NCBI GenBank assembly: GCA_047150005.1
Contig: AP038806.1
Span: forward strand, 768,001 to 832,000
Length of the DNA stretch: 64,000 nucleotides
Origin: Nitrospira sp.
GTDB taxonomy: Bacteria; Nitrospirota; Nitrospiria; Nitrospirales; Nitrospiraceae
Direction: 5' to 3'
The translations under genes and the position numbers were made by a program. The notes beneath the pieces were generated by a model that saw only the letters and a program-made list of their open reading frames with translations, was not told the DNA's origin and did not search any database. Below are positions 41,235-51,601 of this stretch, in pieces (position 1 is the stretch's first letter; every line of letters starts with the position of its first letter).

Positions 41235-42728
41235 TTACGAGACGATGCTCATCTCAAAGACGTGATACCCCCAACCCGGCCTGTCGAGGAAGAGGCCTCG
41301 TGCCTGAAGATCCTCTCCCTTGTAGTCGTACGACGCCGCCGGGGACATCAAGTCTGAAAATCGCACCGTGTGGCCTGGGAGATCCGAGAATGGAAGCCGG
41401 ACATGGCACTGACTCTGGTTCGCGGCATAGTTGACTGCCACAATGAGCCGTTCTCGGTCTCCTCCTTGCCAGAGAAAAGCCAGGAAGCAATCACCCGTCC
41501 AGTTGCCGTCCCATCCCGGTGCACATTCAAGTAATTGCCACTGACCGTCGCGCACGATCTGTCGTCGAAGCACCTCAAGGAGCTCGTCATAAAACAAATG
41601 GAGCGTGTTGTCGGGCGTTTCCTGCGGCGCCCTCACCAGATGTGGCGAAATGCGCTTTCGTCTACCTTCAAACTGTCCCTGATGGAAGAAGCGCAGCCCC
41701 TGCGATAAGAAGGTAATCACCGCGGCAGCCTTGTGCATATCGGTCGCAAATGTGGCGGCAGCTCTGGGTTCGTCATGATTTTCCAAAAACCTCGCCATTT
41801 TGGTCTGATAATTGGGGTCCGCGCACAAATGCTCTCGAACCGGCCTGGCGTGGCCCTCACGCAAGCGATCGTACAAACGTTTGTCGTAGGTATAGTCGAA
41901 CCCCTGCTGCTGTAAGGTCCATTCGAGGTCCCAGTAGACCTCAGCCATGAACAAGAAGCCGGGGGATTGTTTCCGGACTCGTTCGGTGGCTTTTGGCCAG
42001 AAGAGGTCTGCTTTCCGCCCCCAGGTGCGCTCAAAGACGTCGGGCAAGACCAGCATGGCCATATCGCAACGGACCCCATCACATTGCCGGGCGATCTTGA
42101 GCAATTCGCCGATCATGGCCTCTTGCGTGGCGGCATTGCTGTAATCGAGCTGCAGGGTATCGGGCCATCCAGCGAAATAGGGATCACGCCCATAGGCGAG
42201 AATCATCTCGCCGGCTTTCCGCTTAATGCGCGTATAGTTCTGCGGCGCATTCGCCAGATCCTGTTCGCTCCCGCTCACGTAATACTCCGGATGTTCCTCG
42301 ACCCATGGATGATCCGGACCCGTGTGATTGGGCACGAAGTCGAGGAGCAGCTTCAAACCTCGATTTTTGAGACGTTCGCGCAGCCGTGCCAGGGCCGGAT
42401 CACCTCCCAGCGCGGAGTGGACCGAGTAGCCGGTGATCGCAAATCCGGAGCCGGGAATATCCTCATCACGCAAATCGGGCAGCGTCTCTTCGAACTCTCG
42501 GCGCCATTCAGGGTTGGTACGTGAGACACGCTTCGCTGCCTCACCCGTTTGCCAGACGCTCAAGAACCAGATCCACTCGAAGCCGAGTTTTGCAAGTTGA
42601 TCGAGTTCAGCATCAGGAATGTCGTCGAGCGTTGCAGGTCGGCCGAGAGACTTGGACAGATCCGTGAGCCAGACCCGAGCGTTGATCTGATAGAGAAGCG
42701 GATGACTCGAGGACTTTTTCGATTTCAT
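41235..42728 (-). CDS. Alpha-amylase family (GH13) protein
   Basis: LDFVPNH, DGVRCDMA, AEVYW, FLENHDE conserved regions. Confidence 0.9.
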   Translation of the reverse strand: MKSKKSSSHPLLYQINARVWLTDLSKSLGRPATLDDIPDAELDQLAKLGFEWIWFLSVWQTGEAAKRVSRTNPEWRREFEETLPDLRDEDIPGSGFAITGYSVHSALGGDPALARLRERLKNRGLKLLLDFVPNHTGPDHPWVEEHPEYYVSGSEQDLANAPQNYTRIKRKAGEMILAYGRDPYFAGWPDTLQLDYSNAATQEAMIGELLKIARQCDGVRCDMAMLVLPDVFERTWGRKADLFWPKATERVRKQSPGFLFMAEVYWDLEWTLQQQGFDYTYDKRLYDRLREGHARPVREHLCADPNYQTKMARFLENHDEPRAAATFATDMHKAAAVITFLSQGLRFFHQGQFEGRRKRISPHLVRAPQETPDNTLHLFYDELLEVLRRQIVRDGQWQLLECAPGWDGNWTGDCFLAFLWQGGDRERLIVAVNYAANQSQCHVRLPFSDLPGHTVRFSDLMSPAASYDYKGEDLQARGLFLDRPGWGYHVFEMSIVS

Positions 42729-45436
42729 GAGTTCCCTCCCGCGGCTTTAAAGGCTCCCAGCTTGCCCCCTTGGAGGGCGGTCTTCGGATCCAGAAAACCG
42801 AAGAGCCGGATGAGGCTGGCGACCAACCCCGTCCAGCCGGTCTGGTGACTGGCGCCGAGGCCGGCGCCGTTGTCGCCGTGAAAGTATTCGTAAAAGAGAA
42901 TGTGGTCCTTCCAATGGGGATCCTCTTGGAATGTTTTGGCTCCCCCGTACACGGGACGATGCCCGTTGCCATCCCGGAGGAAGATCCGCGCGAGTCGGTC
43001 GGTAATCTCCTTGGCCACGTCAAACAAGTTCATCATCCGACCCGATCCCGTCGGACATTCGATTTTGAAGTTGTCCCCATAATAGAGATAGAAGTTCAAG
43101 AGGGCGCGGATGATGAGGCTATTCACCGGCATCCAGATGGGGCCTCGCCAGTTCGAGTTCCCTCCGAACATTCCAGTGTCCGACTCGCCGGGCAGGTAAT
43201 CCACGCGATATTCCTGGCCCTGGACATGAAAGATGTAGGGATGTTTCTGATGGAATTTGGACAGCGAACGGATACCGTAAGGACTGAGGAACTCCTCCTC
43301 GTCGAGCAGCTTCGTGAGGATGCGGCGAAGCCGCTCCTCATTGAGGAGTGCCATCATTCCCCTGTCCTCCACCCCGTAATGTCCTGGACCGGTGGGATGG
43401 ATGGACTGACTCAATTCGGGCATCGTCTGTACGCGCTCCCGATAATGCGCCACCGTTTTAGGAATTCGGTCGCGTTGCCACGGTTCGATGATGGTCGTGG
43501 CGCACAAGGGTAGGAGTCCGACCATGGAACGTACTTTAAGCCTCGTCGCACTACCGTCGGGGAGCCGGAGGATGTCGTAGTAAAATCCGTCCTCCTCATC
43601 CCACATGCCATCGGCGCCGGATTGGTTCATCGCTGCGGCGATCCACAAAAAATGCTCGAAGAATTTCGCGGCTACGTCGTCGTACGCAGGGTCCTCGGTC
43701 GCGAGCTCTACGGCGAGTTCGGCCATGTTCTGGTTGAAGAGGGCCATCCAGGACGTGCCGTCGGCCTGTTCCAAGTACCCTCCGGTGGGCAACGGGGCGC
43801 TGCGGTCAAAGACGCCGATGTTGTCGAGCCCTAAAAACCCTCCCTCAAAGACATTCTTGCCGAAGCGGTCTTTCCGGTTCACCCACCACGTGAAATTCAT
43901 GACTAATCTCGCGAAGGCTGACCTGAGAAACTGGGTGTCGACAATACCCCGTCGCGCCAGAAACAGCGTCGCCCAGGCGTGGACGGGCGGATTGACGTCG
44001 CTAAAGTTCCACTCGTAGGCAGGAATCTGGCCGTTCGGATGGAGATACGTCGGGCTGAGCATCAGATCGAGCTGCTCTTTCGCGAACGCAGGATCGACAA
44101 CCCCAAGCGCAATCGTATGAAACGCGAGATCCCACGCGGCATACCAGGGATACTCCCACTTGTCGGGCATCGAAATAATGTCGTCATTCACCATGTGAAA
44201 CCACTCGCGATTGCGAATGATCCTGCTGCCTTTGTGCAGCGGGTGAGCGTTATGCTCGTCGAGCCACTGGTTTGCGTCGAAGTAATAGTATTGCTTACTC
44301 CAAAGCATGCCGGCGAAGGCCTGGCGCATCACGCTGGCCCGGTCACGGTCCACCTTAATGGACGGCGGAGTCACACTGTCATAAAACTCATCCGCCTCTT
44401 TCAGCCGCTGCTCCATGGTGGCATCAAACGTCCCGAAAGGAATAGAGAGCCTGCCGGGTTCCGTCTGGGTCAAACGAAGCCGCACCACTTGGGTGGCTTC
44501 AGGACCGACGCTCACTTGATAGTGGGCTGAAGCCTTCGTGCCGCCATCCCGATTCACCACGTCCTGCTGTCCATGAACGATATAGTTGTGAATGCCGTCC
44601 TTCACATAGGCGCTCTGGTTTTGTCCTCCAAAGAGTCGTGCGTTGTTTGTTTCGTTCTCGGTAAAGAGCAGCGGAACCGTTCCCTCGCAGAACAAATAAT
44701 AGTCTTTCAGCTCCTTTTGGAACAGGGGATCGGTGTGGTGCGCATAAATCACACTGCTTGTTGACGTCTTCACTGGCTTCAGCACGGGTTTCGAGCCGCC
44801 TTTTGCCCACGACCAGGTGTTGCGAAACCACAGGGTCGGCAGCAGATGCAATGTCGCCTTCTCTCTCCCACGATTGTGGACGGTGATCTTGACGAGGATG
44901 TCATCAGGGGAGTCTTTCGCGTACTCCACAAAGACATCGAAATAGCGATCTTGATCAAACACACCGGTGTCGAGCAGCTCGAATTCCATCTCGTTGCGGC
45001 TTCGGCCACGATTGGCGTTGACGAGATCACCATAGGGAAACGCGGTCTGCGGATATTTGTAGAGATATTTCATGTACGAGTGTGTGGGCGTGCTATCGAG
45101 GTAGAAGTAATATTCCTTCACGTCCTCGCCATGGTTGGCTTCACTATTCGTGAGGCCGTAGATTCGTTCCTTTAAGATCGGGTCTTTCCCGTTCCAGAGC
45201 GCGAGCGCGAAACATAGTACTTGATGGTTATCGGAGATCCCGGCGAGTCCGTCCTCACCCCAACGATAGGCTCGCGACCGGGCCTGGTCGTGACTAAAGT
45301 AATTCCACGCATCACCATTGTCACTGTAGTCCTCACGAACAGTCCCCCATTGCCGCTCGCTCAAATACGGGCCCCAGCGTTTCCAGTTCTCACCATCATC
45401 CGACAGTCGAGTATGCTCAGGGGTTGATGCCATCAT
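42725..45436 (-). CDS. MGH1-like / GH63 glucosidase
   Basis: WGPYLSERQWG, MPDKWEYPWYAAWDLAFH, GGNSNWRGP, GASHQTGWT. Confidence 0.88.
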   Translation of the reverse strand: MMASTPEHTRLSDDGENWKRWGPYLSERQWGTVREDYSDNGDAWNYFSHDQARSRAYRWGEDGLAGISDNHQVLCFALALWNGKDPILKERIYGLTNSEANHGEDVKEYYFYLDSTPTHSYMKYLYKYPQTAFPYGDLVNANRGRSRNEMEFELLDTGVFDQDRYFDVFVEYAKDSPDDILVKITVHNRGREKATLHLLPTLWFRNTWSWAKGGSKPVLKPVKTSTSSVIYAHHTDPLFQKELKDYYLFCEGTVPLLFTENETNNARLFGGQNQSAYVKDGIHNYIVHGQQDVVNRDGGTKASAHYQVSVGPEATQVVRLRLTQTEPGRLSIPFGTFDATMEQRLKEADEFYDSVTPPSIKVDRDRASVMRQAFAGMLWSKQYYYFDANQWLDEHNAHPLHKGSRIIRNREWFHMVNDDIISMPDKWEYPWYAAWDLAFHTIALGVVDPAFAKEQLDLMLSPTYLHPNGQIPAYEWNFSDVNPPVHAWATLFLARRGIVDTQFLRSAFARLVMNFTWWVNRKDRFGKNVFEGGFLGLDNIGVFDRSAPLPTGGYLEQADGTSWMALFNQNMAELAVELATEDPAYDDVAAKFFEHFLWIAAAMNQSGADGMWDEEDGFYYDILRLPDGSATRLKVRSMVGLLPLCATTIIEPWQRDRIPKTVAHYRERVQTMPELSQSIHPTGPGHYGVEDRGMMALLNEERLRRILTKLLDEEEFLSPYGIRSLSKFHQKHPYIFHVQGQEYRVDYLPGESDTGMFGGNSNWRGPIWMPVNSLIIRALLNFYLYYGDNFKIECPTGSGRMMNLFDVAKEITDRLARIFLRDGNGHRPVYGGAKTFQEDPHWKDHILFYEYFHGDNGAGLGASHQTGWTGLVASLIRLFGFLDPKTALQGGKLGAFKAAGGNS

Positions 45437-46062
45437 GTCCTCCGTGGTGTCAGCGGTTTTCTACGGCAAACATATTCTCGCTTTTGTAGCCAGTTGGTCA
45501 TGTGTCACCTATCCACACACATTGATGCTGTAATCAAGCGGCTACAGAGGTACGGCAAACGAAGTGTAATTGGTGGATCCGTATGGGACATCCATAAAAG
45601 AATGCTCCTGAATCCCAAGAAGGGGGAAAAATAATATTGCGGCCCGGAACAATAGTCAAGTTGATGTTGAGCCCTAAGGAGGCTGGTTCTGTGCCAAAGT
45701 TTATGTGATTCCTCAAGGAATATGCACCGTTAAAAGCAACAGATGCAGAAGAAGAGTGGGCGAGCGTGAGGGAGCATTTCCGTCGCAGGACCAGTGCCAT
45801 GGGGTGCTAGCCTGGAGATCCTCTGGTGAAGTACCTGCCTGCACATGGTCAGGGATGGCTCTTTGATACCTAGTTGACAGTGTGATTCTTTCAGGTGTAG
45901 CTTGCTCCCCCCTGACGTTCCAGTGACTGTGGCTGCGACTTTTTGGTTTCAGCGCGTCACTTGCGTGTCAATCTCGACGCAGCCCCTTCACTCCTACGCC
46001 AGAGTTCTTAAAAGACATCTGCAGCATTCGCAGTGAGCGTCCGAACTACGACTGGAGGAGAT

Positions 46063-46302
46063 ATGGCGGCGCCACGACCTGTCATCGCTCGCATTCTGCA
46101 TGCGGTCAAACAAGCGCAACCGTGTGATTTGGATAGTTTGGAGACCGGTCTACCGGAACTCTCATGGAATCAGGTGTTTGTGGAAATTGATCGCTTAAGC
46201 CGTGATGGTGCACTAATTGTGACCCGCGACGGCCGTGGTCAGTACATGATCCAGTTGGCGGCGCACAAAAAAGGGGTTATCTCCCCTCACGCCAGACATT
46301 AA
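46063..46302 (+). CDS. Small hypothetical protein (winged-helix-like)
   Basis: GGAGG RBS; LSWNQVF.EIDRLSR.G; TTGACA-N18-TAGCTT upstream at 45874-45903. Confidence 0.6.
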   Translation: MAAPRPVIARILHAVKQAQPCDLDSLETGLPELSWNQVFVEIDRLSRDGALIVTRDGRGQYMIQLAAHKKGVISPHARH

Positions 46303-46368
46303 TTGGTGAACGTTACGCACTCCTGCCGATAATGAGATAGCTGAGTGGATAGGGTAATTTTACCGCCC

Positions 46369-47048
46369 ATGAAGCTCGCTCCCGTGAGCATCCTGTCTAT
46401 TTTCATCTGCCTGTTGCTTTATTCCTTTGCTTCCGCCGCGCAGCTGCCTGAAGGACATGAACTGACTTCGTCCAGTATCCTCAAGCCGTGGACGGGCGAT
46501 CTCGATGGGATGGTCGAACGGCGCGTCATTCACGCGCTTGTGGCACCATCTCGCACATCATATTGATGACGGCGCAGGGCTACCAGGAATCCCCGCTCGA
46601 TCAGGAGGCCCGAAGCCAAGTCGGCGCGATCGGAGTGATGCAACTGATGCCCGCGACCGCAGCTGAGATGAACACAGGTGACGTGACGAAGCTTGAACCG
46701 AACATCCACGCCGGCATTAAATATATGCGGTTCCTTCGAGACCAGCATTTTGAGAGCGAGCCGATGGACGCGCGCAATAAGATTCTTTTCCCGTTCGCTG
46801 CCTACAATGCCGGACCAGCCCGTGTTCAGAAACCCAGGACAGAAGCGAGGCAGCGTGGGCTTGATCCGAACGTCTGGTTTAACAATGTCGAGATTATCGC
46901 TGCGAGGCGGATCGGCGAAGAAACGGTCACTTACGTGGCCAATATCTATAAGATACTATGTTGCGTCCACGCTGGTCGAGAGCAACGAATTGCGCAGCAG
47001 CAGAAGGACCAGGGCGCACTCGCACAACCTGTTTCTACCCCTCGTTAG
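46369..47048 (+). pseudogene. MltF-like lytic transglycosylase with internal deletion
   Basis: N-terminal PWTGDLDGMVERRVI fragment abuts out-of-frame SLT motifs (YQES, GAIGVMQLMP, AAYNAGP, ETVTYV); the substrate-binding domain is missing. Confidence 0.75.
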
Positions 47049-47205
47049 TCCATCTGCCAAACATGATGTCTGCATGGGCTGGCGGCTATCCCTTTCGAAA
47101 ATTAGCTCTTGCCTTGTTTGAAGGATTATCGGACTCTCCAGCGTACGTGTTCTCGTGTTTTCGACCTTTTCCTTCTCGCCACGACCATGACAGGAGGAGG
47201 GCCAG

Positions 47206-48711
47206 TTGATGCGCCAATCAGCTGCAGGGAAAGTGCTCGTCTACATCCTGGCTGGAATCGCTGGTGTCATTGGAGTGCTCATCGCCATTGCCTGGGTCAC
47301 AAGAACGCCGCTCTATATATTGAAAGCGGCCGACGTGCCGGAGTGCTTGACGCCGGCTCCCGATCGAGAGGTGTTGATTGGTCTCGCCGTCTCAGGCGGA
47401 GGCAGCCGGGCGGCGCTCTTCGCGGCAGGTGCGTACGAAGCGTTAGCCAAAGTTCGAGTCGGACCAGAACAGCAGTCGCTGCTGGAACAAGTGTCCTTCA
47501 TTTCGAGCGTGTCGGGCGGCAGCATGGCATCCAGCTATTTCGTGGCACACAAACCAGGGCATGCGGTGCCCGTTCTAGATGCAAGTGGGCGCGTCACGGA
47601 GGAATATCAGACATTCTTCGATCGGTTCAAAGCAGACATGAAGTTTGATCTCGAAGGCCTCATCCTCCGGCGTCAATTGCTTCGTCTGCGTTGGATGAAC
47701 CCAGCATGGACGGCCTGGTCTTTGGCGGAATTGCTCGATGAATCCTTTCTGAAGGGCATGACGCTTAAGGATGTGGCTCAGCGCGAGCAACAACACGACA
47801 GCCCGTACCTGCTGCTGAATAGTACGCTCTACAATAATGGCCGCCGCTTTGTCCTGAGCACATTACCCCGAGAGGCATCAGAGTACGATGTGTTCGCTGA
47901 TCTCAAACGGGTTAAGGACGGGCGCCAACCTGACGGCGACAGTGAACGTCTGTTGCGCACCCGGTGGGAAGCCTTGCAATCGGTCACGCCACAAGATATC
48001 AAGCTCGATACCTGTCGAGTACGACTCGCCTCTGCGGTTGTGGCTTCGATGTCGTTTCCTCCGGTTATTGGTCCCATCAGTTTCCAAGTGGAAGGGCAAG
48101 ATCAATACTGGCATGTTGGCGATGGGGGCTTGGCAGACAATACAGGAGGGGAATCGCTCCTGATGGTGTTCTTAAAGAAGCTTCAAGAGGGCAAAGCGAA
48201 GCGGGCCCTCATTATTTCCTTCGACAGTTCCTTTCCGTTCTTGGTCGGGGGCGAGGAATTGGGTCATCGGGCAGAAGGGTTCACGCTGTTCAGTTACGAC
48301 TTTTCTCGGATTCCAAGCATCATGGAGGAGCGGGCGACCGCGTATCGATCCTGGTTCTTACGAGTGGCGCAAAGACAAGGACTCATTCCTGACCAGAGCC
48401 GGCTTGCGTTCATCACACTTCGGCACACGGACGCGGAGTGGAAGGAGGACTTGAGCGATTTGCCCGAATCCTGCCGCGCCGATGACAACAAGATGAAGGC
48501 ACCCCGAGAAATCGTCCGTCGTTTGGCCGGCATCGCGACGCGGCTTTGGCTGGCTTCTCCCTGTGACCGTGATTTGACGCTCGCTGCGGCCGCGAAGGTG
48601 GTCGCTCAGAATGAAGGGAAAATCAGGAAGTTTCTAGAAGCGCCTTTGCCACCGCAGGACGCGAGGACCAGCGAGCCCGCTCAACACCGACGAGTACCGA
48701 AAGGAGTCTAA
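47206..48711 (+). CDS. Patatin-like phospholipase
   Basis: SGGGSRA, SSVSGGS nucleophile elbow, DGG motif. Confidence 0.85.
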   Translation: MMRQSAAGKVLVYILAGIAGVIGVLIAIAWVTRTPLYILKAADVPECLTPAPDREVLIGLAVSGGGSRAALFAAGAYEALAKVRVGPEQQSLLEQVSFISSVSGGSMASSYFVAHKPGHAVPVLDASGRVTEEYQTFFDRFKADMKFDLEGLILRRQLLRLRWMNPAWTAWSLAELLDESFLKGMTLKDVAQREQQHDSPYLLLNSTLYNNGRRFVLSTLPREASEYDVFADLKRVKDGRQPDGDSERLLRTRWEALQSVTPQDIKLDTCRVRLASAVVASMSFPPVIGPISFQVEGQDQYWHVGDGGLADNTGGESLLMVFLKKLQEGKAKRALIISFDSSFPFLVGGEELGHRAEGFTLFSYDFSRIPSIMEERATAYRSWFLRVAQRQGLIPDQSRLAFITLRHTDAEWKEDLSDLPESCRADDNKMKAPREIVRRLAGIATRLWLASPCDRDLTLAAAAKVVAQNEGKIRKFLEAPLPPQDARTSEPAQHRRVPKGV

Positions 48712-48946
48712 TGATGCAAAAATGGATGGCGCAATAGTGAACATCCCTATCGGCGTAGAGTGCGGTAAGGGTCAAAAACCATTTGTTTGTGAACCGCCCC
48801 AATCCAGATGTTCGATTCCTGGCAAACAAATAATTAGATGATGAGAAGAATGGGGATTGTGGCCCTCCCTTATTAACGGATGATCTGCGGCTTGTTTGTT
48901 CGCTCCCCTCCTCAGATCTCAGCACTTACCAATCAGTTGGATGATT

Positions 48947-49282
48947 CTGCTACCCGCCTCCTACCAATAGTCGGATTTGAGATGCCTCTGAGAATCGCAG
49001 ATCGTAGCTTCGATGTGTGGGGAGGAAAATCTCTTGCGGACTACGTAGTTTTACCTGGTGTCCCCAACGGGATTGGAGGGCTTTTGTAAAGGCCTGAATG
49101 GGTCGTGGGGCATACCCTTTAAGGGGTTCGTGAACGCGGCCTGACCTGCGGTTTACGAATTTCAGAAGATCCCACCTCAGACAACCTAACCCCACAAGAA
49201 ACCATAAGACAAGATGCCGCTGACATTGCTCTAGGGGGGTAAGTTGTCCTATCCTGGTAGCAACGTGGTAGCAGATGAGGAT
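48947..49282. repeat. att-like junction B: left arm, core (49056), right arm
   Basis: Left ~110 bp homologous to 58448-58562; 19/19 core; right arm nearly identical to copy E. Confidence 0.92.
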
Positions 49283-49352
49283 GAATAACCGCACATCGGG
49301 TAAGCCCAAAGGAATCTATAAGGAACCTACGGTGGACAGTGCGTTAAATCAT

Positions 49353-50267
49353 TCAAGATCGATGACCGCCGAACTGATCCGCGTAGAGCGAAACAAATTC
49401 CCTGACGCTCATCGCTGGCTGACCAGTTATCCGCTTTACGCCGTCTGCCATTCGGTCATACCGACCCGCACGATGTAACTCGGCCATCGTTATGAGATGC
49501 TGGGCCAAGTGCTCAGGCACTTGCGCCCTTTTTAGGTTTCGCTCCCAATCCTCGGGAGGGATGTCACGGTAGGTGACCTCCCGATTCAGCGCGTCTGTGA
49601 ATTCCTGGGCGACTCCGTGCAGGTCCTGTGACCTGAGGCCCGTAAGTTCGTATGTCTGGCCTAGGTGTGACTTGGGGTCGGCAAGAACGGCAGCGACGAC
49701 ACGCGCCACATCAGCAGCAGCAACCGGAGAAGTCTTCCCCCGTCCGAACGGCAACTCGATGCGGCTGTGGTCGCGGACCGTCGGACCGGCCAGAGGGAAA
49801 AAGCTCTCCAAGAACATCGTCGGTCGGATGGTGACGACCGGCAAGCCAGACCAGGCAAACGCCTGCTCACTCAGCCAGTGCTGCCGCTGCTGGCGGCTTG
49901 GGGTGGTGTTCTGGATACTCATCTGCGAAACAGTCATCTGGGACATGTTAACCAGTGCACTCACCCCGACTTCTCGAGCGACTGTCGCCATGGTCACCGC
50001 AGCCTCCAGGTACCCGGCCGACAGCGACATGCCGAAGTACACAGACTGGCAACCCTTCACGACCCGATAGACGTCTGCCGGTTCGAGTAAGTCTCCGACT
50101 GCCACCTCGGCGCCAGCGGCCCGCAAGGCCGCAGCCCGGTCGTCCTCTCGGCGGACCATGGCGCGAACCGGCAGACCGCGATCGAGGAGCAGGCTGGTCA
50201 CGCTTCGGCCAACTGCCCCGAGGTGACCGGCTGCCCCCGTTACAAGAATGGGTCCGTTATTTAGCAA
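49353..50267 (-). CDS. NmrA-family NAD(P)-binding protein
   Basis: ILVTGAAGHLG, VRAMVR, IRPTMF, YELTG. Confidence 0.88.
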   Translation of the reverse strand: MLNNGPILVTGAAGHLGAVGRSVTSLLLDRGLPVRAMVRREDDRAAALRAAGAEVAVGDLLEPADVYRVVKGCQSVYFGMSLSAGYLEAAVTMATVAREVGVSALVNMSQMTVSQMSIQNTTPSRQQRQHWLSEQAFAWSGLPVVTIRPTMFLESFFPLAGPTVRDHSRIELPFGRGKTSPVAAADVARVVAAVLADPKSHLGQTYELTGLRSQDLHGVAQEFTDALNREVTYRDIPPEDWERNLKRAQVPEHLAQHLITMAELHRAGRYDRMADGVKRITGQPAMSVREFVSLYADQFGGHRS

Positions 50268-50318
50268 TTTCCGCCTTTTTTCGACGCCGCGCTAGATTAT
50301 GGGAAAGCCTCCCCACCT

Positions 50319-50771
50319 TCAGTGAGGATGCGCTCCCTCAGGAATGGTGAACGTCACTGTCTTGGACTGCTGCTCGGGGACACCCTGATGGATGGCGCTT
50401 ACCAATTCGATCTGGATCTTGTGTGGCCCGGGTGGCAACAGGGCCACGTCGATCGGAGCAGTACTCATGTGCGCCCACAACCAAGGGAGGTCGTCCACGT
50501 GTATGTACAGATGTCCAACCCGTGGAGACGCGTTGAGGTGGTCCTTGCCGGACTCCGGCCCGATCTTCACGTTCTCCGCCCGCCACGTGATCCAGACGAT
50601 CCCCTGAGCCAGTAGCTCAGGCACCGGAGGATCGACGATCAGTTTGGCGGGAGGCTTGTTGCTCGGTGTAGATGTTTCGGCACTGGTACCTAGCAAGCTC
50701 TCGAAACCAGGTGAACTGTCAAAAGTAACAGGAGGACCAGGCCTTGGGATTGTCCCTAGTTCTGATCTCAA
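50319..50771 (-). CDS. DUF6130-like protein (N-terminus uncertain)
   Basis: PPAKLIVDPP, SPRVGHL..VDDLPW.WAH, LPPGPHKI. Confidence 0.6.
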   Translation of the reverse strand: MRSELGTIPRPGPPVTFDSSPGFESLLGTSAETSTPSNKPPAKLIVDPPVPELLAQGIVWITWRAENVKIGPESGKDHLNASPRVGHLYIHVDDLPWLWAHMSTAPIDVALLPPGPHKIQIELVSAIHQGVPEQQSKTVTFTIPEGAHPH

Positions 50772-50989
50772 ACTCTCCTTTGTTTGAAATGAAGGTCGCT
50801 ATCACATTAGCCGAGGAGAGGAAGGAGGGAAACGTGCGGGGCGGCAGGAAAAGGCCGCGAGCGACTTATGGTAAGTATTCTCTCGTTCAATTCTGACTGA
50901 CCCAGGAGTTGCCCTGGAATCGGAGAATTCAGGGGCATAATATACATGACTGGACAGCTCCAGCAACGCTGCTTTCGAAGGAGGACGCT

Positions 50990-51469
50990 ATGCGGATTTT
51001 TGTTGCCGTCGACGAGTCCGAAAACTCTCATCGGGCTGTCAAGTACGTTGGATCTCTTTTGCACCGGACACCTGACGTGGCCGTCACGCTCTTTCATGTC
51101 CTCAAGCCTATACCTAGGGGACTGCTCGAGCATGGGGGATCGGAGAATCCGATCGTCGAAGCACAGATGGATCAGCAATTGCACAACGAACAGGCAGACT
51201 GGATTCGGAAGGAACGGGAATCCGAGTGTCATGTCCTGAAGAACGCATGCCAGATCTTGAAAGAGTCCGGATTTGACACGCAGCGCGTGACCTTGAAGTT
51301 TGGCCACGAGGACGACATCGCGAGAAATATTGTTGAAGAGGCGCGAGGTCACGAAACGATCGTGGTGGGGCGACATGGGACGTCCCGGATCAAACGTCTC
51401 TTCGGCGGCGGAGTGACCGATCAATTACTGCGCGATGCAAAGGGCTTTGCGATCTGGGTCGTGGAGTGA
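50990..51469 (+). CDS. Universal stress protein
   Basis: MRIFVAVD.SENS..AV, TIVVGRHG...FGGGV; GGAGG RBS. Confidence 0.88.
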   Translation: MRIFVAVDESENSHRAVKYVGSLLHRTPDVAVTLFHVLKPIPRGLLEHGGSENPIVEAQMDQQLHNEQADWIRKERESECHVLKNACQILKESGFDTQRVTLKFGHEDDIARNIVEEARGHETIVVGRHGTSRIKRLFGGGVTDQLLRDAKGFAIWVVE

Positions 51470-51601
51470 AACGGTGTTTGCTATCGCCTCCCCCCAAGTT
51501 CTGGTAATCGAGCAACGGGGTCGTCAGCAAGACCGGCGCCACGGTTGCCTGCGCGGATGGCGTTGCTGATCAGCGCATGGCAGAGATGATGATGGTTATC
51601 T

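Noticed and set aside
45534..45800. 88-aa ORF in the divergent intergenic region
   Set aside because: No recognisable motif or RBS; probably non-coding or a gene remnant.
48880..49309. Short ORFs over junctions (48880-49089, 48950-49309, 39606-39986, 56278-56550)
   Set aside because: Their mutual similarity comes from the DNA repeat; the synonymous-change pattern fits the plus-strand tail frame.
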